Source of the DNA: a virus
Lineage: Duplodnaviria; Caudoviricetes
Direction: 5' to 3' (one strand)
Length of the DNA stretch: 37,745 bases
Virus record (IMG/VR): IMGVR_UViG_3300011338_000439
Coordinates: 1 to 37,745 of that record
In this document: in pieces, positions 7,371 through 15,374 of the stretch
Position numbering within the stretch: the stretch's first letter is position 1
Layout: every line of letters starts with the position of its first letter
Translations under genes and position numbers: made by a program
Notes under the pieces: generated by a model
What the model saw: only the letters and a program-made list of their open reading frames with translations
What the model was told of the DNA's origin: nothing
The model's database searches: none

Positions 7371-7724
7371 ATGGGTAACCTTTATTTTCAGGGCGACATG
7401 CTAATCGAGGCGGTTCCGTCCGCCAAAATAAGCAAGGCGACTGTGATTGCGCCCGATAGCGACGGCTCTACAGTCATTGGGCGCGGCGAGGTAACCGGGC
7501 ATCGCCATCGATTTGCGTTGGAAGATCGCGTTGTCATGTTTCGCGACGAGGCGATGGCGCGCGATGTTGATTTGACGCTGTACGTCGGCCACATCAAAGT
7601 CGGCAGCAAAGGCGCTCGGCTGATCCATGAGGAGCACGATGGGGTCAGCATTCCGCCTGGAATGTATCGCATCCGTCGTCAGCGCGAGTGGACATTCGAA
7701 GATGCACGCGTGGTGGCCGACTGA
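7371..7724 (+). CDS. Conserved His-rich phage protein, usual partner of DUF6745-like genes
   Basis: QGD...GEVTGHRH...LIHEEH...PGMYRIRRQREW pattern; AAGGAG RBS; TGATG coupling to the next gene. Confidence 0.8.
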   Translation: MGNLYFQGDMLIEAVPSAKISKATVIAPDSDGSTVIGRGEVTGHRHRFALEDRVVMFRDEAMARDVDLTLYVGHIKVGSKGARLIHEEHDGVSIPPGMYRIRRQREWTFEDARVVAD

Positions 7725-9334
7725 TGAAAAAGAAATACGAACTTACCCCAGAGCACCGCGCCCAACTAAAACCATGGACCGACAAGTGGACCAACATCAT
7801 TCGATCCACAAAACCAATGGATGCAGATGAACGCGAAGCAACCATTGCTGCCGTCAATGGTATGTACTCGGCGGCTGGGCTACCCACGCCCAAGCATATT
7901 GTGTTCGTTTCGTCACCATTGGTTGGCAATGTAGCCGCCGGTTTTGCGGCGGCGATTTGGTGGCTTTTCGAAAACAGCAAATCGCCCACGTGGGACGCCA
8001 CGGAGGCCGCCACGCGGGCCGCGACGAATGCCGCCACGTGGGCCGCCACGCGGGCCGCGACGAATGCCGCCACGTGGGCCGCCACGCGGGCCGCGACGAA
8101 TGCCGCGACGAATGCCGCCACGTGGGACGCCACGTGGGACGCCACGGAGGCCGCCACGTGGGACGCCACGGAGGCCGCCACGCGGGCCGCGACGAATGCC
8201 GCCACGTGGGACGCCACGTGGGACGCCACGCGGGCCGCCACGGAGGCCGCCACGGAGGCCGCCACGGAGGCCGCCACGTGGGACGCGACGGATGCCGCCA
8301 CGCGGGCCGCCACGCGGGCCGCGACGAATGCCGCCACGGAGGCCGCCACGTGGGACGCCACGGAGGCCGCCACGTGGGACGCCACGGAGGCCGCCACGCG
8401 GGCCGCCACGTGGGACGCCACGGAGGCCGCCACGCGGGCCGCCACGGAGGCCGCGACGAATGCCGCCACGTGGGACGCCACGGAGGCCGCCACGTGGGAC
8501 GCCACGGAGGCCGCCACGTGGGACGCGACGGATGCCGCGACGAATGCCGCCACGGAGGCCGCCACGCGGGCCGCCACGGAGGCCGCCACGTGGGACGCGA
8601 CGGATGCCGCCACGTGGGACGCCACGCGGGATAAATGGGTTTCTGATCTAGCCAGCGTCATTGACGGCAACAATTCGCGTTTTCTTGTCGGGTGCGCAAG
8701 AAGCGCGATGAATATGAGTGACGGCGGAAACCATTGGGCACAATACGTGTCGTTCCTGTCTTTCTTCCGGCATATTGCAAAGCTTGATCTGCCCGTTTAC
8801 GAAAAATTCCAGCACTACGAAACTGCGGCGGAGCACAGTTCATGGAGATGGATGCATCCTAAATTCTGCATCATCTCAGATCGCCCAGAAATCTTGAAGT
8901 GGGACGATCGTCACCGACCGCATTGCGCGGACGGCCCGTCACATAGATGGCGAGATGGCTGGGAGGTATACTATTGGCACGGCGTGCGCGTTCCAAGACA
9001 AGTTGTCATGAGCCCAGAGGCGATCACGACAACGCAGATAGACGCAGAATCGAATCAGGAAATCAAGCGCATCATGATCGAGCGCATGGGCGCGGAGCGT
9101 TATGTTCGCGACGGAGGAGCAAAGGAGGCGCATCGCGACGAAACCGGCATTTTGTGGAAGCGCGCCGAAGAGTGGGCGGCAGTCGAGGTTGTCAATGGCT
9201 CGAAAGAACCTGACGGATCACGCAAGACATATTTTTTGCAAGTTCCACCCGAGATGCGGACAGCAACGGAGGCCGTTGCTTGGACATACGGTCTCACGGA
9301 GATGGAATACGCAGGTATTCAGATTCGGACATGA
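7724..9334 (+). CDS. DUF6745-like protein with 53 internal tetrapeptide repeats
   Basis: N-terminal PKHIVFVSSPL; C-terminal ISDRPEIL..DDRHRPHCADGPSHRWRDGWEVYYWHGV...N.EIKRIMIERMG...YFLQVPPEMRTATEAVAWTYG. Confidence 0.8.
   Translation: MKKKYELTPEHRAQLKPWTDKWTNIIRSTKPMDADEREATIAAVNGMYSAAGLPTPKHIVFVSSPLVGNVAAGFAAAIWWLFENSKSPTWDATEAATRAATNAATWAATRAATNAATWAATRAATNAATNAATWDATWDATEAATWDATEAATRAATNAATWDATWDATRAATEAATEAATEAATWDATDAATRAATRAATNAATEAATWDATEAATWDATEAATRAATWDATEAATRAATEAATNAATWDATEAATWDATEAATWDATDAATNAATEAATRAATEAATWDATDAATWDATRDKWVSDLASVIDGNNSRFLVGCARSAMNMSDGGNHWAQYVSFLSFFRHIAKLDLPVYEKFQHYETAAEHSSWRWMHPKFCIISDRPEILKWDDRHRPHCADGPSHRWRDGWEVYYWHGVRVPRQVVMSPEAITTTQIDAESNQEIKRIMIERMGAERYVRDGGAKEAHRDETGILWKRAEEWAAVEVVNGSKEPDGSRKTYFLQVPPEMRTATEAVAWTYGLTEMEYAGIQIRT
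7991..8626 (+). repeat. Coding minisatellite: 53 x 12 bp, six unit types
   Basis: Units encode WDAT, EAAT, RAAT, NAAT, DAAT and WAAT in irregular order; 636 bp with no indels. Confidence 0.97.
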
Positions 9335-9343
9335 GGAGTTCAT

Positions 9344-9622
9344 ATGAACATGACAAGTTACGAGGTCCATGCCGTTCTTCACGCCGTCTGCGACTGGACG
9401 GCGCAGGAAGTCGCCGAGCGCGGCGGCGTAACGGTCCAGACGGTCAACAACTGGCGAACCGGACGCACCAAGTTCCCGCGCTTCGACAAGCTGATTGCCG
9501 TCGCCCGCGCAGCAGGGTTGCGCTTCGCACTCGTTCCGCATGAAGCGTATGTGCGCAACGAGGTGACGGCTCCAGTGAAGCGCAAGCGCTCGACGGGTTG
9601 GCGAGAAAATCGCGTGAGCTAG
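9344..9622 (+). CDS. XRE-family HTH protein
   Basis: AQEVAERGGVTVQTVNNWRTGRTKFPRFDKL; GAGGAG RBS. Confidence 0.85.
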   Translation: MNMTSYEVHAVLHAVCDWTAQEVAERGGVTVQTVNNWRTGRTKFPRFDKLIAVARAAGLRFALVPHEAYVRNEVTAPVKRKRSTGWRENRVS

Positions 9623-9635
9623 CATCGGAGCGGCC

Positions 9636-10223
9636 ATGTCAGCAGTGGTTGACGAGCCCATCGAAGTCACGCCCGAGGTTCATGGCCGCCTAACTGTGAC
9701 TATGGCGGGCCTCGCATCTGCCGGCATGAACCACGTCGACAAGGAGGCCGCTAAGCGCTTTCTATGGCGGGTGGCGCAAGCGGGCTGGGATATCCTGCCG
9801 AAACGCTCTGTGCCGCAGCATCGGCGACTGTTTGGCCTTGTCGCCGCCGCATTCGAGCAATGGCCGCATGATGCCGAGTTCAAGCCCAATGATACCGAGC
9901 ACCTACGCGCGTGGCTCCTCGTGCAGGCCGGGCACTTTGACGAGGACGAGATTGATCCACAGGGCATCCCGGTCAATCTGGCGGGACCGCTGCTCGCGGC
10001 CTTCATGCGGCGCAAGGGGCGCTATGGGTGGGCATTTGCACGCGGGGGCAAGCTCTACGTGCGTGCGGCCAAGACGATCGAGTTTCAATCGCTGCCGCAC
10101 AAGGAGGCGTGCAAGTTGTTTGATGAGGTCGGATTTGTTGTCGAGAGAGTCACGGGAATCAAACCCGACGTGTTGCTGAAAATGCGACAACGGAATGGGA
10201 AGCAGGGGGTTGAGGACGAATGA
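9636..10223 (+). CDS. NinB/DUF1367-like recombination accessory protein
   Basis: RSVPQHRRLFGLV...WP...EHLRAWLLVQAGH...KTIEF pattern, in a nin-like context. Confidence 0.55.
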   Translation: MSAVVDEPIEVTPEVHGRLTVTMAGLASAGMNHVDKEAAKRFLWRVAQAGWDILPKRSVPQHRRLFGLVAAAFEQWPHDAEFKPNDTEHLRAWLLVQAGHFDEDEIDPQGIPVNLAGPLLAAFMRRKGRYGWAFARGGKLYVRAAKTIEFQSLPHKEACKLFDEVGFVVERVTGIKPDVLLKMRQRNGKQGVEDE

Positions 10224-10369
10224 GCCCGCAAACAATTGAGAAATTCGCAATTCGGGCAGCCCTCGGCAACAATGGCGGCGAGTGGGCGACACACTACACT
10301 GAAAAACAGAAAGAGCATTGGCGTCAATTTGTTCGCGATCTCATTGCCGCCATTGAGGCGGAAAAATGA
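10220..10369 (+). CDS. Small hypothetical protein (49 aa)
   Basis: Hand-translated: MSPQTIEKFAIRAALGNNGGEWATHYTEKQKEHWRQFVRDLIAAIEAEK; ATGA overlaps at both ends. Confidence 0.7.
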   Translation: MSPQTIEKFAIRAALGNNGGEWATHYTEKQKEHWRQFVRDLIAAIEAEK

Positions 10370-10809
10370 GCACGCCGCGCAAGAAGCCGACAATTTCTGA
10401 GCGATATGCAGCAATGATCCTATTGCACCGTGAAAACGGCGAGCCGGTCATTGATCGCGAGTGGGCGAAGTCGCGCACAACCGACGAGATTATCGACGAA
10501 TTCGAGCGCGTTCGTCAATGGGATCACAATCGAATGCTGGCAGCAGGCGGCCCACATCATCCGGCCAACCTCTACCCGCTGAAAACGCAGGAAGAACACA
10601 AGCCCAAGACGAAAAATGACGTCAAGGAGCTGGCGCGAACGCGATCCCTAGAGCGGAAACATACGGCGTTTCGCGCGAAGCTGGCCGAGAAAGCGGGCGA
10701 TACAACTCAAGTGCCAGTTGAGCGTTCGAAATGGCGTTCCGCGCCGATGGCGGGCACGAAACGGTCAGGCATGAAGAAAACGATGGGCGGCAAGGTGGTG
10801 CGGAGATGA
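10366..10809 (+). CDS. HNH-like endonuclease
   Basis: WDH...AAGG...ANL..L....HKPKT..D motif with a basic tail (SGMKKTMGGKVVRR). Confidence 0.7.
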   Translation: MSTPRKKPTISERYAAMILLHRENGEPVIDREWAKSRTTDEIIDEFERVRQWDHNRMLAAGGPHHPANLYPLKTQEEHKPKTKNDVKELARTRSLERKHTAFRAKLAEKAGDTTQVPVERSKWRSAPMAGTKRSGMKKTMGGKVVRR

Positions 10810-11693
10810 CGGACGTCGTGCATTGGGTGATCGACAGCATTATTGCCGAGCGCGCCCCTCAGTTTACGGGGTTCCCAACGCTAGCCGATGCGGCGCGCGA
10901 GGCCGGTCATGTCGTCCACGAATGCCGCTACATCCCGATCGCACGGAGGATTGAGCCTGAGCCCGCGCTGCCCCATCCGCCGGAGCGCCCTTACTCGGTT
11001 ACACCTGTCGTTTATCACGGGACCTACGAAGGATTGCGCGTCATGCGCCGTCTCGGGCGCAATACTTGCTGGCTTCCGCTTGCCTATTGCCGCGAGGAGA
11101 ATTTACAGTTTTCGACGTTCGCTGCGCATCTCGAAGGCTTTTTGCTGAGCGACGACTTCGTCATTTTGCCCTATGCGGCCTTGAAGAGGCGCGGCGAGGC
11201 GTGGCTGTCCGAATTCTGCGGAGAAACGGTCTTCATTCGTCCGAATGTCGTAACAAAGCTATTCGCCGGTCGCGCAATAAGATTTGTGGATTTTGAGCAC
11301 GAAATCAATGCTCTAAATCAGGTTGAACGCGTGCCGGATGAGGCGCTTGTCGTGGTCGCCAATGGGCAGAAAATCAATGGCGAAGCGCGTTTTGTGATCG
11401 CAAACGGAAAAGTCGTGACGGGATCGACATATCAATGGGGCGGCGTTGTTGATATCCGTCCCGATGTTATGCCAGCCCAGCAGGCGCTTGCGGAGAGAAT
11501 TGCAGAACACCCGTGGCAGGCCGATACTGTTTACGTCGCTGATATCGCATTCCAGCAAGCGCCACTGAGTACCCAGACTTATGCGTCTTTGATCGAGCTG
11601 AATTCGTTTTCGTGTGCTGGGCTGTACGCGTGCGATACGCGCAAGATTGTCGAGGCCGTCGGCGCGGCAGCAATTGAAGAGGTGAAGGGATGA
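10806..11693 (+). CDS. ATP-grasp protein, R2K/DUF4343-like
   Basis: VFIRP...KLFAG, EARFVIANGKVVTGSTY and YVADIA...LIELNSFSCAGLYACD motifs; ATGA-coupled start at 10806. Confidence 0.8.
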   Translation: MTDVVHWVIDSIIAERAPQFTGFPTLADAAREAGHVVHECRYIPIARRIEPEPALPHPPERPYSVTPVVYHGTYEGLRVMRRLGRNTCWLPLAYCREENLQFSTFAAHLEGFLLSDDFVILPYAALKRRGEAWLSEFCGETVFIRPNVVTKLFAGRAIRFVDFEHEINALNQVERVPDEALVVVANGQKINGEARFVIANGKVVTGSTYQWGGVVDIRPDVMPAQQALAERIAEHPWQADTVYVADIAFQQAPLSTQTYASLIELNSFSCAGLYACDTRKIVEAVGAAAIEEVKG

Positions 11694-11833
11694 CGGATCG
11701 TGAAGAGCTGGTCGCCATGGTGGCAAAGATGATTGACGCCAAAAAGACAGCGGCCGATATCGTGGACGAGATCATTGCCGCGCTCACACCGGATGATGAT
11801 GAGGAGTGTCCAGTTTGCGGACTTTGCCCGTAG
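11690..11833 (+). CDS. Small hypothetical protein (47 aa) ending in CPVCGLCP
   Basis: Hand-translated; ATGA-coupled; last gene of the rightward operon. Confidence 0.6.
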   Translation: MTDREELVAMVAKMIDAKKTAADIVDEIIAALTPDDDEECPVCGLCP

Positions 11834-11842
11834 GCGCGTTGC

Positions 11843-12328
11843 CTATCCCGGCCACTTCACCAGAAACGTGAAAAACGCACACAGGGCGACGAGACCGAGA
11901 ATCACGGCATTCAATGTCGGCCCCGTCCAATAGCCTATTTTCCCACGAAAGGCAGCAGCGCGCTCAAGTTTGGCCACGCGCCCGTTATGGCTCGCAAGTA
12001 GAGGATCAAGCAGACTGCGCAAACCATCTTCCACGCGTGCGGTCTCATCTCTAAGAGCCAAAGTCTCAAGCTGGACTGCTCCAAGGCGGTCACGCGGGCG
12101 TCCAGCGCCACCATCTGATGTGCTACCCTCTGGATTTGAGACAACAATCCTCGGATAATCTCGTTGCGATGCTCCGTCACCGCGTGCATCGTCTCTTGGC
12201 GCTCGTCGAGCTTGCCGTCCAGGCGCCGGACCAATTCCACGAGAAGGTCCACTTGCGGCTTCTTGAGCCGCGTCGTCTTCTGGGTGGAAGGCATGGGCTA
12301 TTCCGCTGTCAAAGGCCATCGCCGTCAT
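11843..12328 (-). CDS. Holin-like membrane protein, frame A (coiled coil plus C-terminal TM)
   Basis: ATG overlaps the o-spanin stop, with GGAG RBSs nearby; HNGRVAKLE followed by TM segment LNAVILGLVALCAFFTFLV. Confidence 0.5.
   Translation of the reverse strand: MTAMAFDSGIAHAFHPEDDAAQEAASGPSRGIGPAPGRQARRAPRDDARGDGASQRDYPRIVVSNPEGSTSDGGAGRPRDRLGAVQLETLALRDETARVEDGLRSLLDPLLASHNGRVAKLERAAAFRGKIGYWTGPTLNAVILGLVALCAFFTFLVKWPG
11935..12294 (-). CDS. Holin-like membrane protein, frame B, nested in frame A
   Basis: GC-rich third positions; coiled coil LDARVTALEQ followed by hydrophobic WKMVCAVCLILYLRAITG. Confidence 0.6.
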   Translation of the reverse strand: MPSTQKTTRLKKPQVDLLVELVRRLDGKLDERQETMHAVTEHRNEIIRGLLSQIQRVAHQMVALDARVTALEQSSLRLWLLEMRPHAWKMVCAVCLILYLRAITGAWPNLSALLPFVGK

Positions 12329-12660
12329 CTCCGTTGACTCCCGCAATAGGAGTCGTACGCGGCATCATGCCCCGCAACTTTCACAGCAATCCGAGGCGCG
12401 CGCCGCTGCAACTCAGTCTCCTCAATCGCGCTGGGGCGGATCGGCAAGAAAACTTGGCAGCCACGATCCGGCAGAGGCAGTGACTCCGACGTTGGGCACC
12501 CGCCGCACAGCAGGCCGGCGAGGGGTGGAACGAGGACGCGCGCCAGCCGGTAGGGGGGCCATTTCGCGCGGCGGCTCTTGTGGCAGAGTGGGCTCGGGCT
12601 GAGCCGCGATGGCGTCGACGAGCTTTTTCTCGGCGGCGCGACGCGCTGAGATGGCGTCAT
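12325..12660 (-). CDS. Outer-membrane spanin (Rz1-like lipoprotein)
   Basis: Lipobox-like LAGLLCGGC; overlaps the i-spanin in another frame; ends YDSYCG. Start uncertain. Confidence 0.65.
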   Translation of the reverse strand: MTPSQRVAPPRKSSSTPSRLSPSPLCHKSRRAKWPPYRLARVLVPPLAGLLCGGCPTSESLPLPDRGCQVFLPIRPSAIEETELQRRAPRIAVKVAGHDAAYDSYCGSQRR

Positions 12661-12907
12661 CGGCGCGCTTGTCCAGCGCCTTGTTCTCAGCCACGATCGC
12701 GGCGTTGAGCCTGCGCAACTGCACGGTTCCATAGTGATGTCCCCAGCCCCAGCCCACGCCGAACGCCACGAAGATCACAAGAAATGTCACGGGGTGCTCG
12801 ACGCACGCCACGAGACCTTGCACGAACCATTTGACCACATTGACCACAAAAGCGCCGACGCGACTACCCGCGAGCGCCAGCTTGATCCCCAGAATCCCCA
12901 GCATCAT
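12422..12907 (-). CDS. Inner-membrane spanin (Rz-like)
   Basis: N-terminal TM segment(s) followed by a helical periplasmic region; lies right after the endolysin. Confidence 0.65.
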   Translation of the reverse strand: MMLGILGIKLALAGSRVGAFVVNVVKWFVQGLVACVEHPVTFLVIFVAFGVGWGWGHHYGTVQLRRLNAAIVAENKALDKRADDAISARRAAEKKLVDAIAAQPEPTLPQEPPREMAPLPAGARPRSTPRRPAVRRVPNVGVTASAGSWLPSFLADPPQRD

Positions 12908-13919
12908 CCTTATCCTTGTTGATCAGCGCAATCTTATCGCGCGTGTGCCTGAAAATGATCGTCACCACGCACGCAACAAGGACCGCAGTCGCGATGGCTT
13001 CTTTGTTGACCTTCAAAGCTGACGTGAACGAATCGAGCGCCGACATGGAGCCGTCGACTTCCGTCTTGATCTCCGGCAGGAGCTTCATCACGTAGCCAAG
13101 GCCATCCCCGGCAGAGACGCCAAACCCGACGATCGTGGTCCACACCGTGCGCGACAGCATCGCCACCGAGGCGAGAAAGGCGAGGCCGCTTTTGCTCGGC
13201 GCGCTGACAGCGGCCTGCGCGGGATGCGCCACCTCAACGGCAAGGGCCGGCGCGGGGCGCTCGGCATTCGCTGGCGCCATCTGGATCACGGTCGCACTCA
13301 GAGGGCGGCAGTCGACCAATCCTCTCTCGAAAAGCTGCGCCTCGCGCTCACGGCGCCCGGCCAAGCCGCCCGTCGGCCACAGCCGTTTCATCAGCCGGAT
13401 TTGCTGCGGGATTGCACCAAAATCGCCGCGCGCCATGCAGGCCCGAATCTCGCGCATCTCCTTGCGACTATCCTTGTCGGCCGCAAACGACAGCCCACGA
13501 TTGTAGGCCAGCGAGAGGAGGCCGCCGAGACTGTCGGGCGAGAGGTGGTCGCAATTCTGGAAGGCGTCCGATGTCTGCTTGATCCACTTCGGGATTTCGC
13601 GCTCTCTGAATTGCGTTATGGCCTGCACGTAAGAGATCGTGACACTGAGCTTGCTCGCGGCGACAAAGTTGCGCGCGGCGGTCTTTTTCTTGCCGACAGC
13701 CTTCAGGAGCGCTTCGACTGTCTCCTCGGAAACGATGCCCGACCAATCCTTTCGCAGCTCGTCCGCCGTCACATAGCCGCAATCGTAGCCGATACCAACC
13801 GTCGGGCCAGAATCGCCCTCCGGCCAGTCGAAATGCTGATAGTGCTTCGTGTAGTAGGCTGCGTCCGTGATCTCTTCCGAAACGATGAGATCGATAGCGG
13901 CATCCGAGATCGACAGCAT
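12864..13919 (-). CDS. Endolysin (GH24/pesticin-like lysozyme) with a C-terminal hydrophobic region
   Basis: LIVSEE...WPEGDSGPTVGIGYD, LLSLAYNRG and GLAGRREREAQLF motifs. Confidence 0.85.
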   Translation of the reverse strand: MLSISDAAIDLIVSEEITDAAYYTKHYQHFDWPEGDSGPTVGIGYDCGYVTADELRKDWSGIVSEETVEALLKAVGKKKTAARNFVAASKLSVTISYVQAITQFREREIPKWIKQTSDAFQNCDHLSPDSLGGLLSLAYNRGLSFAADKDSRKEMREIRACMARGDFGAIPQQIRLMKRLWPTGGLAGRREREAQLFERGLVDCRPLSATVIQMAPANAERPAPALAVEVAHPAQAAVSAPSKSGLAFLASVAMLSRTVWTTIVGFGVSAGDGLGYVMKLLPEIKTEVDGSMSALDSFTSALKVNKEAIATAVLVACVVTIIFRHTRDKIALINKDKDDAGDSGDQAGARG

Positions 13920-13925
13920 GAGCAA

Positions 13926-15374
13926 TCACCCGAAAACGTGGCCGAAGAGCCCTGACGACGCGCCGAGCACCCATGTCGCCGTGGTGCCCGCGCCCGTCCT
14001 GAACCAATTCTCCAGCCACCAATAGGAGATGTACCCAAGCTGTGCGCTGGTCGTGTACGTGCAGCTCATGCCTACCTGTAGCGTGCCGACCGTGGCTGAT
14101 GCCAATTCATCGAACATCTGCGCAATGTTCGTCGTGCTGGCGTTGCCGATTCCGACGCGAAAATTGGAGGCCCCCGACGTGATCGTGAAATTCATGGTCA
14201 TGCGGCCATCGAGGCGCAGCGCTGCGCCGATCAGGCCAACGAGCGTCGAAACCTGATTCGCCGAGGTGCCGTTGGCGCTGCGATAGGTGCCCGACCCCGT
14301 CACCGAGCCCGCCCACGAGGCCGTCGACTCCACGCGCATCAACGTCCGTGCCACCTGATTATAGGCGTTCCACACGAGCCGGTTCTGAGCGCTGTCCTCG
14401 GTCTGACCCACGCTCGACGTCGTGCGGATGGTGTCAAGATACGTTGCACGGCTGGCGGCGCCGATGGAGTAGGTGGTCACGCCGTTGCGCAGCGTGATGG
14501 CCACGGCGTTCATATAGATGCCGTTGGTCAATACCAACTCTGTCGTGCCGGCGCCCGTGCCCCGTGCTGTCGCCGAAGTCCAGGCCGGACCCGTCCCGAT
14601 CCGAAACGTCAAGTTGTCGGCGGGGTCGAGGAAGGCAAACACATCGTAGTTCGAGGTTGCGGCGTGGCTCGGGTTGTTGAGGGCGAGCGAGGCGTTGCCG
14701 CCCGCGATCGGTGCCATGACGACCAGAGGTGACGCATATCCGCCGCAATAAACCGGCACGAGATTGCCGACATAGTTGGTGTAATAGACTGTCGTCGCCG
14801 CCGTCACATCGCTCGACGTGACGGGAGTGGCCGAGGTGAGTGTCAGCCGTCCCTGCGGTTGCGAGAGCAGGGCGACGAACGCCGCGCCGTCGCCGAGTAG
14901 ACGCGGTGCCGGACCAGCGAATGCGCCGGGCGACGGCACGGACCCGATGGCTGCGCTGGCGCCGGCCGCGCCGAATACGGGCGGCGGCACATCGTTGCCG
15001 TTTCGGAAGGTGGTTCCGTCCGTGGTGACGAGCGTCTTGAAGCCCTGCGTCGGGAAAATGGTCGAGGTCTGCGTGGCGTTAATGACGTTGACGGTGAAGG
15101 CGCCTGTCGTAGCGTTGTCGATGACCCAGGAGCCACCTTGCCCGTTCGGAAAAATCAACTGGATGTTGGCCGACAGGACACCGGTCAGGCGAATGACTCG
15201 CGCCTGCACCTCCGTCGAGGAGAGTGTGATATTGACGCCGCCGACGGCCTTGGTTGTGGTGACGCCGAAATAATTGTCGAGAATGGTCGCGTTGCCGTTG
15301 AGGTCTGTATCCCACGTGTTGATGGCGCCGCCGTGAGCGGGCTGCGACAGGCCGATGTTGGTGGTGGTGGGCAT
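13926..15374 (-). CDS. Tail fibre / receptor-binding protein
   Basis: Thr/Ala/Gly-rich beta-type sequence; N-terminal WDTDLNGNATILD fibre-anchor pattern; PQGRLTLTSATPV domain. Confidence 0.7.
   Translation of the reverse strand: MPTTTNIGLSQPAHGGAINTWDTDLNGNATILDNYFGVTTTKAVGGVNITLSSTEVQARVIRLTGVLSANIQLIFPNGQGGSWVIDNATTGAFTVNVINATQTSTIFPTQGFKTLVTTDGTTFRNGNDVPPPVFGAAGASAAIGSVPSPGAFAGPAPRLLGDGAAFVALLSQPQGRLTLTSATPVTSSDVTAATTVYYTNYVGNLVPVYCGGYASPLVVMAPIAGGNASLALNNPSHAATSNYDVFAFLDPADNLTFRIGTGPAWTSATARGTGAGTTELVLTNGIYMNAVAITLRNGVTTYSIGAASRATYLDTIRTTSSVGQTEDSAQNRLVWNAYNQVARTLMRVESTASWAGSVTGSGTYRSANGTSANQVSTLVGLIGAALRLDGRMTMNFTITSGASNFRVGIGNASTTNIAQMFDELASATVGTLQVGMSCTYTTSAQLGYISYWWLENWFRTGAGTTATWVLGASSGLFGHVFG

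Noticed and set aside
7371-7394. MGNLYFQG resembles a TEV protease site (ENLYFQG), hinting at an engineered construct
   Set aside because: The Glu is absent, QGD is the natural family motif, and no vector or tag sequence is nearby.
7991-8626. Possible CRISPR array or diversity-generating retroelement
   Set aside because: Units are contiguous 12-mers with no unique spacers. No cas or reverse transcriptase gene and no adenine-specific TR/VR pair is seen.
7645-8673. Alternative-frame ORFs over the repeat (VAAS, RRPP and GRH repeats)
   Set aside because: They stay open only because the 12-bp units lack stop codons. Only the xxAT frame joins recognisable flanking domains.
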